A DNA stretch of 64,000 nt, taken from assembly GCA_028534125.1 (NCBI GenBank), contig CM052830.1, forward strand, positions 23,498,001 to 23,562,000, read 5' to 3'. Source of the DNA: Lama glama. Lineage: Eukaryota. The notes beneath the pieces are model-generated. The model was not told the DNA's origin. It searched no databases and worked only from the letters and a program-made list of their open reading frames with translations. Made by a program: the position numbers and the translations under genes. The number at the start of each line of letters is the position of its first letter. Position 1 is the stretch's first letter. This document shows, piece after piece, positions 35,287-46,600 of this stretch.

Positions 35287-36622
35287 GTTTGAAAGGGCCT
35301 AATTTGCACCGTAGGCAGAAGCGCCTTGTTGTGAATAAACTGAGACTCCCTCCAGAGATTTTAATCTGGGAGAAGTCAATTATTTATAAGCAAATTATGG
35401 CCGGCTTTTCATATACATAAAACGCTCTGTGTCATAAATAGGGACGAGGTGGTGTCTGTTTTCTCAGCGCTTGGTTTTTCTCAGTCCCCAAGCCCCGGCC
35501 TCGCTGCGATGGGAATTTAATGAGGGGCTCGATTAGGAAGGTGGGCTGCCTTGGTGGGGGCTCCTTCTAATACATGATAATGGCGATAATACAACACTAA
35601 TTTGGCTCTGGCAGGGAGGGGGGCTCTGCCTCTGTGTCCCATGGGAAGGCTGGCAGGGCAGGGGCCGCGGCTCACCCACCCCTCGGGCTGCTGCAGCTCT
35701 GCGGAGCAGGGCATCTCAGGAACGCTGCTTCCCGCAGAGCAAGGCTCTGCCCGAGGATCAATAATTAAAGGCCTTCCGTGTTCCCGGAAGTCGGGCGCCA
35801 TTTCAGGCAGTATCCAGGGGCCTCCTGCCCAGTGGTGCTCCTGGTGATTACGGGCGGCCGCTTCTATCAAAACGAAGAGCTGGGAAGAGAGAGCTCTTAT
35901 CACTGGGGGGGCGGGTAGGCCCCCCCCATCTTGCAGCTGGCCCCAGAATGCGCTCGGAGCGCCCCTGGGGAGAGACTTGCCTCTGGGCCTCCCGCTCTGG
36001 GAGAGTCCTCTACCGACCTCTCCATACCTGCGGGTCGGGCACCGTCCGCCCCGACCCTGCAGCCTCGGGGCCTGGGTCAGAAACCAGGTGGCCGCAGAGA
36101 GCACGGCGGCTGGGTCCCCACCGAGGGTCCCGGCCTGGAAGCTCGGGGCTTGGCTTCCCACAGTGACGGGGGTGGAGGCACCGAGGCCGCAGCTGGGGAG
36201 GTGCCCGGCCAGGGGAGGTTGCCCTCTGACTGGCTGCCGGGAACTTTCGGTCAGCTGCCACCTGTCCGGAAGCTCCCACGGCCCAGGCTCCCAGGCCTCA
36301 GCAGTTCTCCTAGAGGGCCCATCTAGAAGGGTGCCTGCCTCAGCATGGCCCTGCCCGGCCAGGTTTCAGCGAAGGCCAGGGCAGCTTGGGTTTGCCGAGC
36401 TGCCGGCCTGGCCCTGGAGGGGGCGGCCCTGGCTGGCTCAGGGGCAGAGTGAGGAGGAAAGGGCGGCTGGCAGAAGCATGTGGGGAACCGGACGCTGCAG
36501 CTGGCCCAGGGCCACTTCCCAGCAGCTTAGATTCAGGAGGCCTGTGGATGACACTTGTCTTGCCCTGCTCAGCCTGGAGCCATTGGTCCTGCCACAGCTC
36601 TGCAGGCAAGACCAATGGTCTT

Positions 36623-36669
36623 TGTGTGCATGTGTGCGTGTGTGTATGTATATGTGTGTGTGTATATAT
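36623..36669. repeat. Degenerate (TG/TA)n repeat
   Basis: Alternating purine-pyrimidine tract. Confidence 0.85.
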
Positions 36670-38059
36670 TCTAAAGCAAAATGCACACACTTTGGAGTAC
36701 ATTTTGTGCAGCTTCCTTACTGGGCCCAGAGACGTCAAATGACTTGCCCAAAGTCACACAGCAAACAAATGGCAGCGCTTAGACCCAAACCCAGCTCTCC
36801 TGCTATCCAGCTAATGCTTTTCAGGTTTTTCTTTTTCCTTTTCCTGTGTAATATGTGAGATCAAGAAAAAAAAGTGAATATTGTTTCTTATCTTATAATC
36901 CAGCCCCCCACAGAGATGGGTTGAGGACAGGGTTTAGTTCTTCATCTGACAGGGGTCTCCTGGGCTCCTTTGAGCTCTAAATTCTGTGAATACATATTTA
37001 GTAGAATATTCCCCAAGGAATGTTCTCAGGGGCAGAGACCCTACCATTAAAAAAACAAGGAACATTAGCTGTGTGTTTACGCTGAAAAGGGCACACTCCA
37101 GGCCCTGCCAGGGTACAGGTGACAGGATTCTCAAGGATCTCGTTAGTCTGCAGGACAAAATGTTCAAATAGCAAGATTGGGCCCTCAAGTAGGTAGGGGT
37201 CCACGTGAAGCTGGGGGGTTAGAGTTCTCAGTCAGAGGGACCAGCAGGAGACGGAGCTGGTAGGTCTAGCTTCTGGGAGGATGAGCGGGAAGGTGATGGA
37301 AGGTGGTGGGGAGGGGCGGTGCAGTGAGGTGAGAGGAGCGAGGGGAGGTGATGGGGGTGCTAAGGAAGGAGAAGCAGCCTGGGTGAGAGCAGGCGTGTGC
37401 TGGGGGAGCGGGGAGGTGAGGCCATGCTGAGGGATTTATGGAGAGCTTCGTGCTCCGTGGAGTCCCTGCTGGTTGCAGAGCAGAAGGATGATGTGTTGAA
37501 AGCTGTGTCTTAGGGAAGACTCGCTGGAATGAAGAGGCCTGGGGCGGGAGGTCTGAGAGGAGGACACGGATGTAGACCAGGCACGGACTGGGTGGTGCGA
37601 TGGGTGCAGTATTTCAAACATAAGACACAGGATTTGCAGAAGGAATGTAAAGGAGAAGGAAGTGCCACCTTGAGTACAGAAGGAAAAGTGGTGGCTGGGT
37701 AGGAGCAGGGGGTTTGGGTGGGGAACACGAGGCGCTTACTCTGGACACGTGGAAAAGTTCTATGTATAGTCAACAACAGGGGACCAGAAGTGAGCTGGGC
37801 CAGGCGGGTCCTCGTGTCCCCACATGCAGGTCTGGGAGGGGATGTGACCTGATGACATGGTCACCGGCAGTGGAGCCGGTCCCAGGGCTCCAGAGCTTCT
37901 TCCACTGGACCCACTGCCCCATCAGGGCACCTCTGCTCGAGGGAGGTGAAAGGACACAGTCTGCTCCTGCGGGCTGGCCCTGGCCCCCCTTTCCTGCTAG
38001 GGGGCAGGAAGGCTGGAGCCATCCGCTCCAGTAAGGTCTGAAGGGTTATCCGAGTTTCA

Positions 38060-38480
38060 CTTAAGGGGAGCTGCTTGCAGCGTGCCGCATAAGATTTTAA
38101 TTATTTAAAATCTCTGGGTTCTGGGAGGCCCCTGGAGAGGTCTGGAACGGAGGCCACTCCACCAGCATGAGAGATTGATTGTCCAAGCAGGACTGCCTGG
38201 TTAATGAGTCTGAGGTCGCTGCAGGAGATGGGTATCCATCCAGTTGGTGGATATTAAAACTGTTCTAATAATTTTTGCAAGCTGACTCCCTAATGTGATC
38301 GGGGGATGCGCCTGGGTTTAAATTCTCATTACCCATTTCCACCCACAGGTAACAGGTCCGGCTCATTCACTACAGGCAATTTCCTGCCCCATTATCTGTG
38401 AAAATCAGAGGGCGGCCTGGCCGTCAGGAGAGCAGAGGAGCCCATTTCCCCTCTTCCTAAAATCGCAGGAAAGTAACCCT
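38060..38480. promoter_or_regulatory. Putative conserved non-coding element
   Basis: Unique island with a palindrome at 38092-38113, GATTGATT, TTAATGAG and TAATAAT. Confidence 0.45.
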
Positions 38481-38894
38481 TCCTGGAAGACCCTGGGCTT
38501 CTGAGGGTCCAAGTACCCGGCGGGGTGGGGTGCGCCAACGCCAGACGTTACGCGGCGCCCGCCCGATCTGGACAAGCGTGCTCACTCAGGCTCCCCGTGG
38601 AGCCGGGCCCGGGGTCAGACCCTCAGGCTGCGACAGGCATTTCCCCTTCCTCCTCTCACAGCCCTTCCCGTCTGAGCGGAGCGTGGTCTGCCCTTCAGGT
38701 GCTTTCTCATCCATCACCTCCCGGGTCTTTGAATGGCGTGATCCCACACGTCACCGTCCCCTGGGCCTTGCACACAGAAAGGTTCCTGATGCTGTGATGG
38801 GCTGGTTTCTGACCACACGTTGCCTCCTGGTACTGCCTTTCTGTGCACTTTTCTTCCCCTGAAACCAGGTTGAAGAGGGCGGGGGCCACATCTG

Positions 38895-39260
38895 AGTTAG
38901 TTATGCTCTGTCTGTAGCAAACGTAGCTGGCAGCTGAAAGCAACGATAAACATGCATGATCTCACCCAGCTTCTGTGGGTCAGCAGTCCTGGAATGCTGC
39001 GGTTGACCCTGTGGCTTCCAAGATGGCTCCCGTACATGGCTGGCGCGTTGATGCTGGCCTTGGCCTGAGACCTCAGATCCCTGCAGCGCGGGCCACTCCG
39101 CAGGGTTGCTTGCGTGTCCTCACGACATGGGGGCTGGCTTCCTCCACAGTGAGTGATCCGAGAGGGCAAGGCCAAGGCAGCAAGGTCGTGTGCGGCCTCG
39201 GGAGTCACCCGTCTGTCCTGAGAGCTCAGTGGGTCACAGCGTGGGGGCGCCCGCCGGCAC
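38895..39260 (-). mobile_element. MaLR LTR (MLT1G/H-like)
   Basis: TTCTGTGGGTCAG...CTTCCAAGATGGCTC...GTGTCCTCACGACATGG...GCTGGCTTCC...GAGTGATCCGAGAG. Confidence 0.75.
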
Positions 39261-40179
39261 CGGGAGCATCTCCACCGCTGCCAATTGCACGTCCCTCCTG
39301 CGGCCTCGCTCTTTGCGGGGACTCAGTAAAGCCAGCAGATATGAGTGCGCACCTTCCTGGCTTACTTAATCTCTACACCAGCCCCCGCCGCCCGCCAGCC
39401 TCTCCAGGCAGGTTTTAATTCCCAGAGGAAGAACCAGGCTCAGGAAGGAGTTTGCTCAAGATCCAAGGGCACCGAAGCTCCAAGGCTAGGACTGGAAGCG
39501 CTCAGGCCTCTCAGAAGTTCATGCCTCTTCCGCTCTAGTAGGCTGCTTATCTTGAGTTAAAAGTTGTCTCTTCACGGATGAGCATTCTGGGATGTAATAG
39601 AGTGGGTGGTATTATGCCCATTTCAGAGACGAGGAAACCGAGGCCCCAAGAGCTCTGTAATGTTACGGCAGCTAGGGGCAGGGCTGGCAATACAATTCAG
39701 CAGCCTTGTCTTCTATTCGAATGCTCTACCCACCAAAAAAGCTGCCTCTCGGGGAAGTGTTTGGAGGCCTGAGTGCCAGAGTCCTCTCTGCTACACGTGG
39801 GGGCAGGGAGGCGGGGGCACGGGCTTAGGCTGGGCGCGAGCTCTGGGCTGGAGAGGGCTCCGAGGGAGGAGGGGAGGTGGGTGGAGCGACAGGACAGGAA
39901 TGGGGGGAGGCTCCCTGCTGTGTGGGATGGCTGCGTTCTGGGAGCGACGGGAGCACACGGACCCACCTGCACGCGGGCATGCGCTCGCGTGCCGCCGCAT
40001 GTGCACACCCACGTATCAACACATGCGCGTAGGTGTCGGTCCCCGGCTTCCTTCGTGCCCTCGTGGACGGAGGCGCACACCCATGCACGTGTTATCACCC
40101 CGCAGGCTCACCTCCAGGGAGCTCTAGTCTCGCAGGAGCCTCTGGATGCCCCCGGGAACGCCCACTCTCCGCTGCTGGG

Positions 40180-41020
40180 AGGGAGGGAGGCTGGGCCCCT
40201 CCCCCTCCCTCCCCCTCCACTCAGATCCCCGCGACGCCTCCCCACGCCTTTCTGTCTCCCTCGCCCTCTGAGCTTCCACTTCTCTTAGTCACCGCAGCGC
40301 TCTTGGGTTTGCTGGGCAGGGCGGCAGGGACAGGGGCGGGAGCAGGCGGGCGGGGCAGGGGGCGCGCTCGCCCGGCTCCGCGCGCACAGGCCGGCCCCCG
40401 CGCTGCCCAGCGGTGTCCCGGTCGGTCGGAAGCAGCGTCGCTTGACGGTTGCTATTGATTATGGCAAGATTGTGTGTGGCTGAGAGCTCCTCAGAGCCAA
40501 CTGGCATATTAAGCAATCATTTCTATAGCAGATGACGCGCTCCCCGGGCATCGGTTTGTCCTAATGGGCTCGGTGTTACTCATGTGCTAATTGATTGGGC
40601 ACGGAGGGAAGGGGAGCGAAATCCATTGTGAGGCGATTTTATAGCAGAGCTCATAACAGAGGTAATTTGCTGAAAATGTTCAGTCCCGCTTCGGTTATGT
40701 AAGATCATCTGTATCCCTGTGTTTTATGTCCTCCGCGCGGGGCTGGGGGAGCGGGCCGGCTGGCTGAGCGCGGGAGGCGGCCCCCAGGCCCGGGCGCTGC
40801 CAACGTGGGGCCGCCCTGAGGGAGCGCTGACAATGAGCACCCGATGCCCAGCCTTCTTGCCTCGGGGGCGGCTTTCAAAATATCTCAGCTTCTCCTGTTA
40901 AAGAAACGACTCTGTCTTAGGGCAAAATAGTTATTTTCGGACCAGCCGTCTAGTGTTACAGAGCCCTGGCGCAGAAAGGGGGAGATCGAAGAGCGGATTA
41001 TTATTGTCATTTTAGAGAAA
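40180..41020. promoter_or_regulatory. CpG island-like region enclosing a putative conserved enhancer or promoter
   Basis: CpG-dense, GC-box flanks (40290-40440, 40730-40870) around a motif-dense core with TGATTATGG, CTAATTGATTGG, CCATTGT and TTTTATAG. Confidence 0.55.
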
Positions 41021-42397
41021 GAATATTTTGCCTGGAAGAGGGAGGGACGGGGAGACGTGAGGGCCCGCCTTCTCCTTTCCTTCTGTCTCCTTCCTCCCCC
41101 CCCAAAGCAGCCTACCTTTCCACTGGCCTCCGGAAGAGCCTTTCACTAGCCTCGTGTCGGTCACTGTCCTGGAGGGGCAGAGCCAGCCCTCCAGTCCTGC
41201 CTGCAAGGGTGCCCAGGTGGCCACGACTGTTCTCCAGATGTGCACCACTGGGGCGCCCTGCAGGCCGCGGCTGCCCGCCCCACCCGGCCGGGTGCTGTAC
41301 TCAAGTGGTGTTTGGGGTCCTCCGAGCAGGGAGCTCTTCTGAACCCGGGGTGCTTCCTCACAGCTCTGAACTGCGCTTCCAGAGGGGAGGCTGGGCGGCC
41401 CGGGGCCACCTCAGGGCCTCGCCATCCTGGAGTGTGTATAGGATGGCGAGGGGGAGGCCGCGTGCTGGTCTCGCTGGAGGGAGGGGGGGACTGTGACCCC
41501 TGCCTGAGCCCACAGCTGTGCTCCTCTCTTCTGATGACGATTCAGGGTCCCTCTGGTGGCTCACAAGCTCCAAGCGGAGCAGCCAGGCTGCGTGATCCAA
41601 GGAGGAAACCAAGAGAGTGCATCCCTTGGTCTCTTTTGAGTCTAGCTGTTTGCATCCTGACATCCCCAGCTGGCCCCAGGCCACTCAGGAGCTCTCGCAG
41701 CGTCCCTGGGTCTGGGACTCCACCAAACTCCTGAGGGTGGTGCTCGAGACCTCCTGGGCAGGTGGCCACCCAGCTTCTGCCCGACTCCTCCTAGGCCTGG
41801 CAGTTTTGCGGCCGCCCCAGGGCAGCCCTTTTCATTTTGGATGGTTCTGCCGCCCAGGAAGTCCCTGGACAGAGCCTGGGGCTTCTGAGCCTCGTCCACC
41901 TCTTCCCCTTCTGTGGGATAAAAGCCTGCAGCTTGGTCCTGTCCCCGCCTCATCTCAGAGATGAGAAGCAGGGGTCCCGAGAGGGGAGGGAGCTTGCCCA
42001 GCCCGGGGCAGCACCAGAACTCAGCTCTCCCCAGCTCTTCCTTCTCTGGCCCAGCTCCTCAGCACACGCCTCTGTTCTCTGGGCCAACCCTGATCCCAGA
42101 AACACCCCCACCGTCACATCAGCCTCCAGCAACTGCGGGCCTGACAGTGTTCGCAAGACCCCACCACAGCCTCTGCTCCAGAGACCGCTCCGGCTGGGGC
42201 TGTGCTGAGTGTGGCCCCCGGACACGTCCGTTGGCCTCTCTGAGCTCCAGTCTCCTTTCCTCAACGGGGTGATAGTTAACACGTGCTGAGCACGTGCTAC
42301 AAGCCAGGGGTCGTGTTGGCACTGAGCTTGGTGACCTCTTTGTTTCAATGCCCGCGATGACTCTGTGGTGAGACAGTCGTGACCCCACTTTCCTCAT

Positions 42398-42722
42398 CCA
42401 GTTTCGCTCGGATCTAACTGATGTCCAGCACCGTGTGAGCTTACGGTGCTCAGCATAACGATTCAACTTGTACATGTCGTGAAACGCTGACCACGACGCG
42501 TTTAGGGAGCATCCATCCTCTCGTCCAGGCACAAAATTAAAGAAACAGAAAGACCCCTGTTTTCTTGTGACGAGAACCCTTGGGATTGACTGACAACGTC
42601 CATGCACAACGAGCCGCAGTGATAACTACGTCCGGCATGCCGCCCATTACAGCCCTCGTCCTCACTTACCTAACCGGAAGTTTGTACCTTTTGACCATCT
42701 TCATCCAATTCCCCCTCCCACC
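42398..42722 (-). mobile_element. L1MA9-like 3' end inserted in a MIR
   Basis: CATCCATC...ACAAAATTAAAGAAA...CTTGTGACGAGAAC...GGAAGTTTGTACCTTTTGACC...CATCCAATTCCCCCTCCC. The MIR resumes afterwards (ATTTTTCAGATAGGGAAACTGAGGCAC). Confidence 0.8.
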
Positions 42723-43439
42723 TGTGGTCCCATTTTTCAGATAGGGAAACTGAGGCACCATCATGAGCAGCAGCGCTGGGGTGAAACTCAGGCCAGAGCA
42801 GCAGCAGGCTCCCGGCCGCTGCGTCACAACCTGCCTGTCCGCGTGGTGGCGAGGCCCCGAGGCGCTCCCAGACGCTGGGGCCCTCTGTGCGGCCTTCATG
42901 GGGGGGCGGGCTCAGCGATGCCTCAGGGCAGAGATTCTTACGCCTTTGAGGGGGGCGGGGGGCAGGGAGGGCCCAGGGCTCTTTGGGGATGGCTTGCGAG
43001 TTACGGGGTCTTCCCAGACAAACGCAGGTAGGTACGTGTGTTAAGAATTTCGTATCTCAGGGTGAGGGTGGGGGGTGTCCTGAAATTAGGAGGCCCGTTC
43101 CTGGGTGCATGGACGCCTGGTTAAATACCCTCACGCGACCCAGTGTCCCCTCCCCCCCAGTGGGGAGGTGGGAAGGGGGAAGGGCAGTCTGAGCCTTGAG
43201 GATGAGGCGCAAGGACATGGCTGGTAAGGTCTCAGACCGCCGGGGAAGGCGGGCGGCCGGGGGCTTTCCACAGGGGCGTCACGTCGACTTGCCCGCGGCA
43301 GCGGGGCAGGCCCGGGCTGGGCCCAGCTCTCCTCGGGGCGTTTGGGCGCTGGCCCGGTGGGTCTGGTGGAGATGACAGGGAAACAGAGTGCATCCCAGCA
43401 TTTCAGGGAGACCAGAGGGGAATGCGGGGGCAGGCGGGG

Positions 43440-43620
43440 GAGGGCCCCGATTTTATCTGCGCCTGGATTTCCCCATGCCTAATTACCCTGAGATAATTAG
43501 TAGGTCTGGAACATTTGCCTCGGAGCCAAGCGAGGTGAGTCGTGAACACGGGAACAGAGGGGTCTGATTGCTTAACTGGAGGAGGGGAGGGTGCAGTTTT
43601 ATGAGAGAGCAGAGGAGGCG
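43440..43620. promoter_or_regulatory. Putative enhancer with an inverted homeodomain pair
   Basis: CTAATTA-N8-TAATTAG at 43479-43500, NF-kB-like GGATTTCCCC, and TTTTATGA. Confidence 0.4.
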
Positions 43621-46600
43621 CCCTCCTGGTGGGTGTTGTGGGACCTCTGGGAAGGCCCTGTTCCCAAATTGTAAGTATGCACTTCGCCCCCTTGTCTGTC
43701 TGGAATTCCACCATTAGAGATGCATTACCTAGGTCTAGACAGATATTCAGTTATTTGAAGTATGTGACATGCAAATACCCCTGGGTGACAAATTTAGTGG
43801 GCTTCTTGGTCACCACATGAGGAAAAAAGAAGTTCTGATGGAGGAGAAGTTGGGGGAAAACAGCAGAGGCAGGGGCGCTGGCACAGGCTGGGGGTCAGGT
43901 GGGGGCGCCGGCCCGGGCTGGGGGGTCAGGCAGAGCCAGGGTCTGGCCGAAACCTTCCTACGTGGAGTAGCCGCCGTGAGTGCCTGAGCTCCCCGGGGAA
44001 GGGACGTGTGGTGGCGCCACCTGCCACCGCTGGCCACGGGGAGGGTTAGGTGAGGTGGTTGGGCAGGGCTTGGCCGGAGCCTGGCGGGGAAGAAGCACCC
44101 TCTACATGGCGGCTCTTCTAATCTGGGGACCAGGAGGGTCACAGGAAGCCCACCTGGCTGACCTCGCAGGGGGCCAGCCCTCAGAGCACCCGCCCCATCA
44201 GCTTGGCCGCAGTGAGGTGCCCAGGCAGGTGTGAGCCCCAAAGATCAGCTGACTCCTGCCTCTCGGGTCCTCGTGGTCAGCTTCCCCCGCCGGGAGGGAG
44301 AGAGGTCTGGGGAGAGGCCTAGCGGTGACGGGGCCGTGCAGGGAGCAGGATGGGGGAAGAGACGGATCAGGGGTGCAGCAAAGCTTACTGGGGCAGGGGA
44401 GCAGGGCAGGGCAGCTGGGCAGGGCCTCCAGGCTCTGCAGGGTCTGCGGCGGGCTCTGGGCTGAAAGCGGAGTGAACTGAGCGGCCGGAGGAACTGAATG
44501 CAAACAGTGGACGTGCGCGAGCAGGCAGGTATCCCTCCTAACTGCGTCCCTCCCCCAGGGCTGTCAGTGCTCCGAGGGCAGCCCGGGGGCTTAGTTCTGC
44601 CCTCACTGCTGTCTTCCCAACGCCTGGAGCAAGCTCTGGGGCCACGTGTTTCGTAAGTATTTCCTGAACGAACATGTCTGTGTGTGCATGTGTGTGGACG
44701 CACACACAAGCTCACAGAGGGAGCGGGTTCCCCCAGAAAGCAGGCGACACCCCGAACAGGCTCGGGGGCCCCAGCCATTCTCTGTTGGCAGCTGAGGCCA
44801 GCACCCAAGTACCCTCCACCCGCAGGAGGCTGGGTCCCCTCGTCTGGAAGCCGGTGTGGCCGGTGGCCGTCCTAGTCCTCCTCCTTCTCCAGCCTGGGCC
44901 TCTCTGCTTCGCCCCACTCTCCCCACCCTGGCTCACCTGCATGGGGGGCTTCCCTTAGAGGCCACAGACCCGCACTGGGCAGACAGGGCCTTTCAAATTT
45001 GCCTTTGCTGTCACTTTTTCCCAGGCCCATGGAGGGGCTTGGCCTGGAGCGGGTGCTGTCTGGGGCTCACCTGGGGGCCTCTTCTCGGGGGGAGGAGCCC
45101 CTCACTCACACCTCTCTCCCCGTCACTGCCCCGTGTGGCTTGAAGAACACCCGCATGGCCCCCACTGCCTCTCACCGCACCCCGCTGGCCACGCCTGCGG
45201 GACCAAAGAGCTCAGCGCGACTTTCCTGCGTCAGCCGCGCCGTCCTCCACAGGCCCTGGCCCCGGGGGCCAGTGCGGCGGGCGTTTGCTCGGTCCCTCTG
45301 TTCGCACCCCGCTCCTCGTGCCTTCTCAGAGCTCCCGACTTCAGGGAGCTGTTTCTCCGCCCGTGTGCCCTCCGAGTGCCTTCGGGGATCAGGCCTCCTG
45401 GGGGGGTGGGGCTCTCCCCTCTGTGGGCGGAGACCCTGGAACTGCAACCTGACTAGGAGCCTGGAAGGCCAAGGCTGCCGTGGGAAGCCGGCCACGTGAC
45501 CCTGGCACTTGGCACTCGGTCCTAAGGAGGCCAGGAGGCCAGGAGGTCTGGAGGCCCGGCCCAGCAGGGTCTGCATCTTCATCCAGCGGTGTGAGCTCGG
45601 GGCACTTATGGGGAAGCCGCCACCCTCAGCTCCCAAGCCACCCTCCTTTGCTGCCCCACCCACTTCCCGGGCCCCGTGCGCCGCGGGGCCCAGGCTTCAG
45701 AACTCGACCTCCCGCCCACCCAAACCCAGCTGCCGTTTGCCCGTCTCCCAGAGGCACGAGCTCGGGGGGGAGCGGTCTGTGAACAGCCGCCGGGCAGGCT
45801 GGCAGGTGCTGCTGCCCGCAGAGGTGCCCGCAATAGCGCCTTCGGGAGTCCCTGCTCCCGCTCACTCAGCCCTCCTGCTGAGTCTGGGCTGTCACCTCTT
45901 ATCTGTCACGTGTGTGGAGGGTTAGGGAGCTGAGGGCGGGAGAGGCTGACTTTCAGAGTCCCCCCCGCCCGGGCAGTGAAGATGGCAGTAAAGACGGAGG
46001 GAACAAAGACACCCTCCCCGGTGGAGCAGGAGCCTGGGGACCAGCCCTGGTTCGTGCCCGACCAGCCAGGTGATGCTGAGCGGGTCTTTCCTTCCTGGCC
46101 CGAGGGCTTCGAGGTGGTGTCTGCCAGCGGAAGGAGGAAGGAGGAAGGCGAAAAGCCGCTCCTGGCTTTCCAGTCACAGCCCAGGTCTCACCCAGTCGAT
46201 AAGGCTGAAGGACACCAACCTGAGTTGGGACTTGGACCAAGTCCCCAGCCACGCTTTCCCTAAAAGGGGCAGCTGTGAGGGTTGCGTGGCCTTTGTGTGA
46301 GTGACAGGCCCTGAAGGGAGGAGGATGCTGCCCCCTGAATAGCAGGGGGCAGAGGCCTAGAAAGAGCCCCTGGGGGGGCCAGGGAAGGCACAGGAAGCCC
46401 CTCCCTGAGTGAGTAGGGACTGGGAGGCTGGTGACCCCCGGGGGGGCCTGCCATCCTGCCTCGGCAGTGCGTGCTGTTGTTGGACCGATCGCTGCCCCGG
46501 CCCCCTGGGAACCTCAGAGGGGGCTCTCTCTCATTCTTTCTGCCAACTGGAGCCCCCTCTCCTGCTGTGTTCTCCATCTGAACACCCCCACATCTCTGCA

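Larger units (their letters stand above)
34170..35880. promoter_or_regulatory. Large putative conserved regulatory cluster with a CpG-rich core (contains gaps 2 and 3)
   Basis: About 1.7 kb without recognisable repeats. Contains GTGCTAATTGA, TTATGGCC, CATAAAA, TGTCATAAA and an ETS/STAT/YY1 module. Confidence 0.55.

Noticed and set aside
34776-35420. Long ORFs spanning the N runs (also near 28.5, 34.5 and 57.5 kb)
   Set aside because: They are open only because N codons contain no stops. Gap edges do not show consistent splice dinucleotides.
35977-36858. Longest ORF (293 aa)
   Set aside because: Non-ATG start, low-complexity composition, and it runs through a TG repeat and a MIR.
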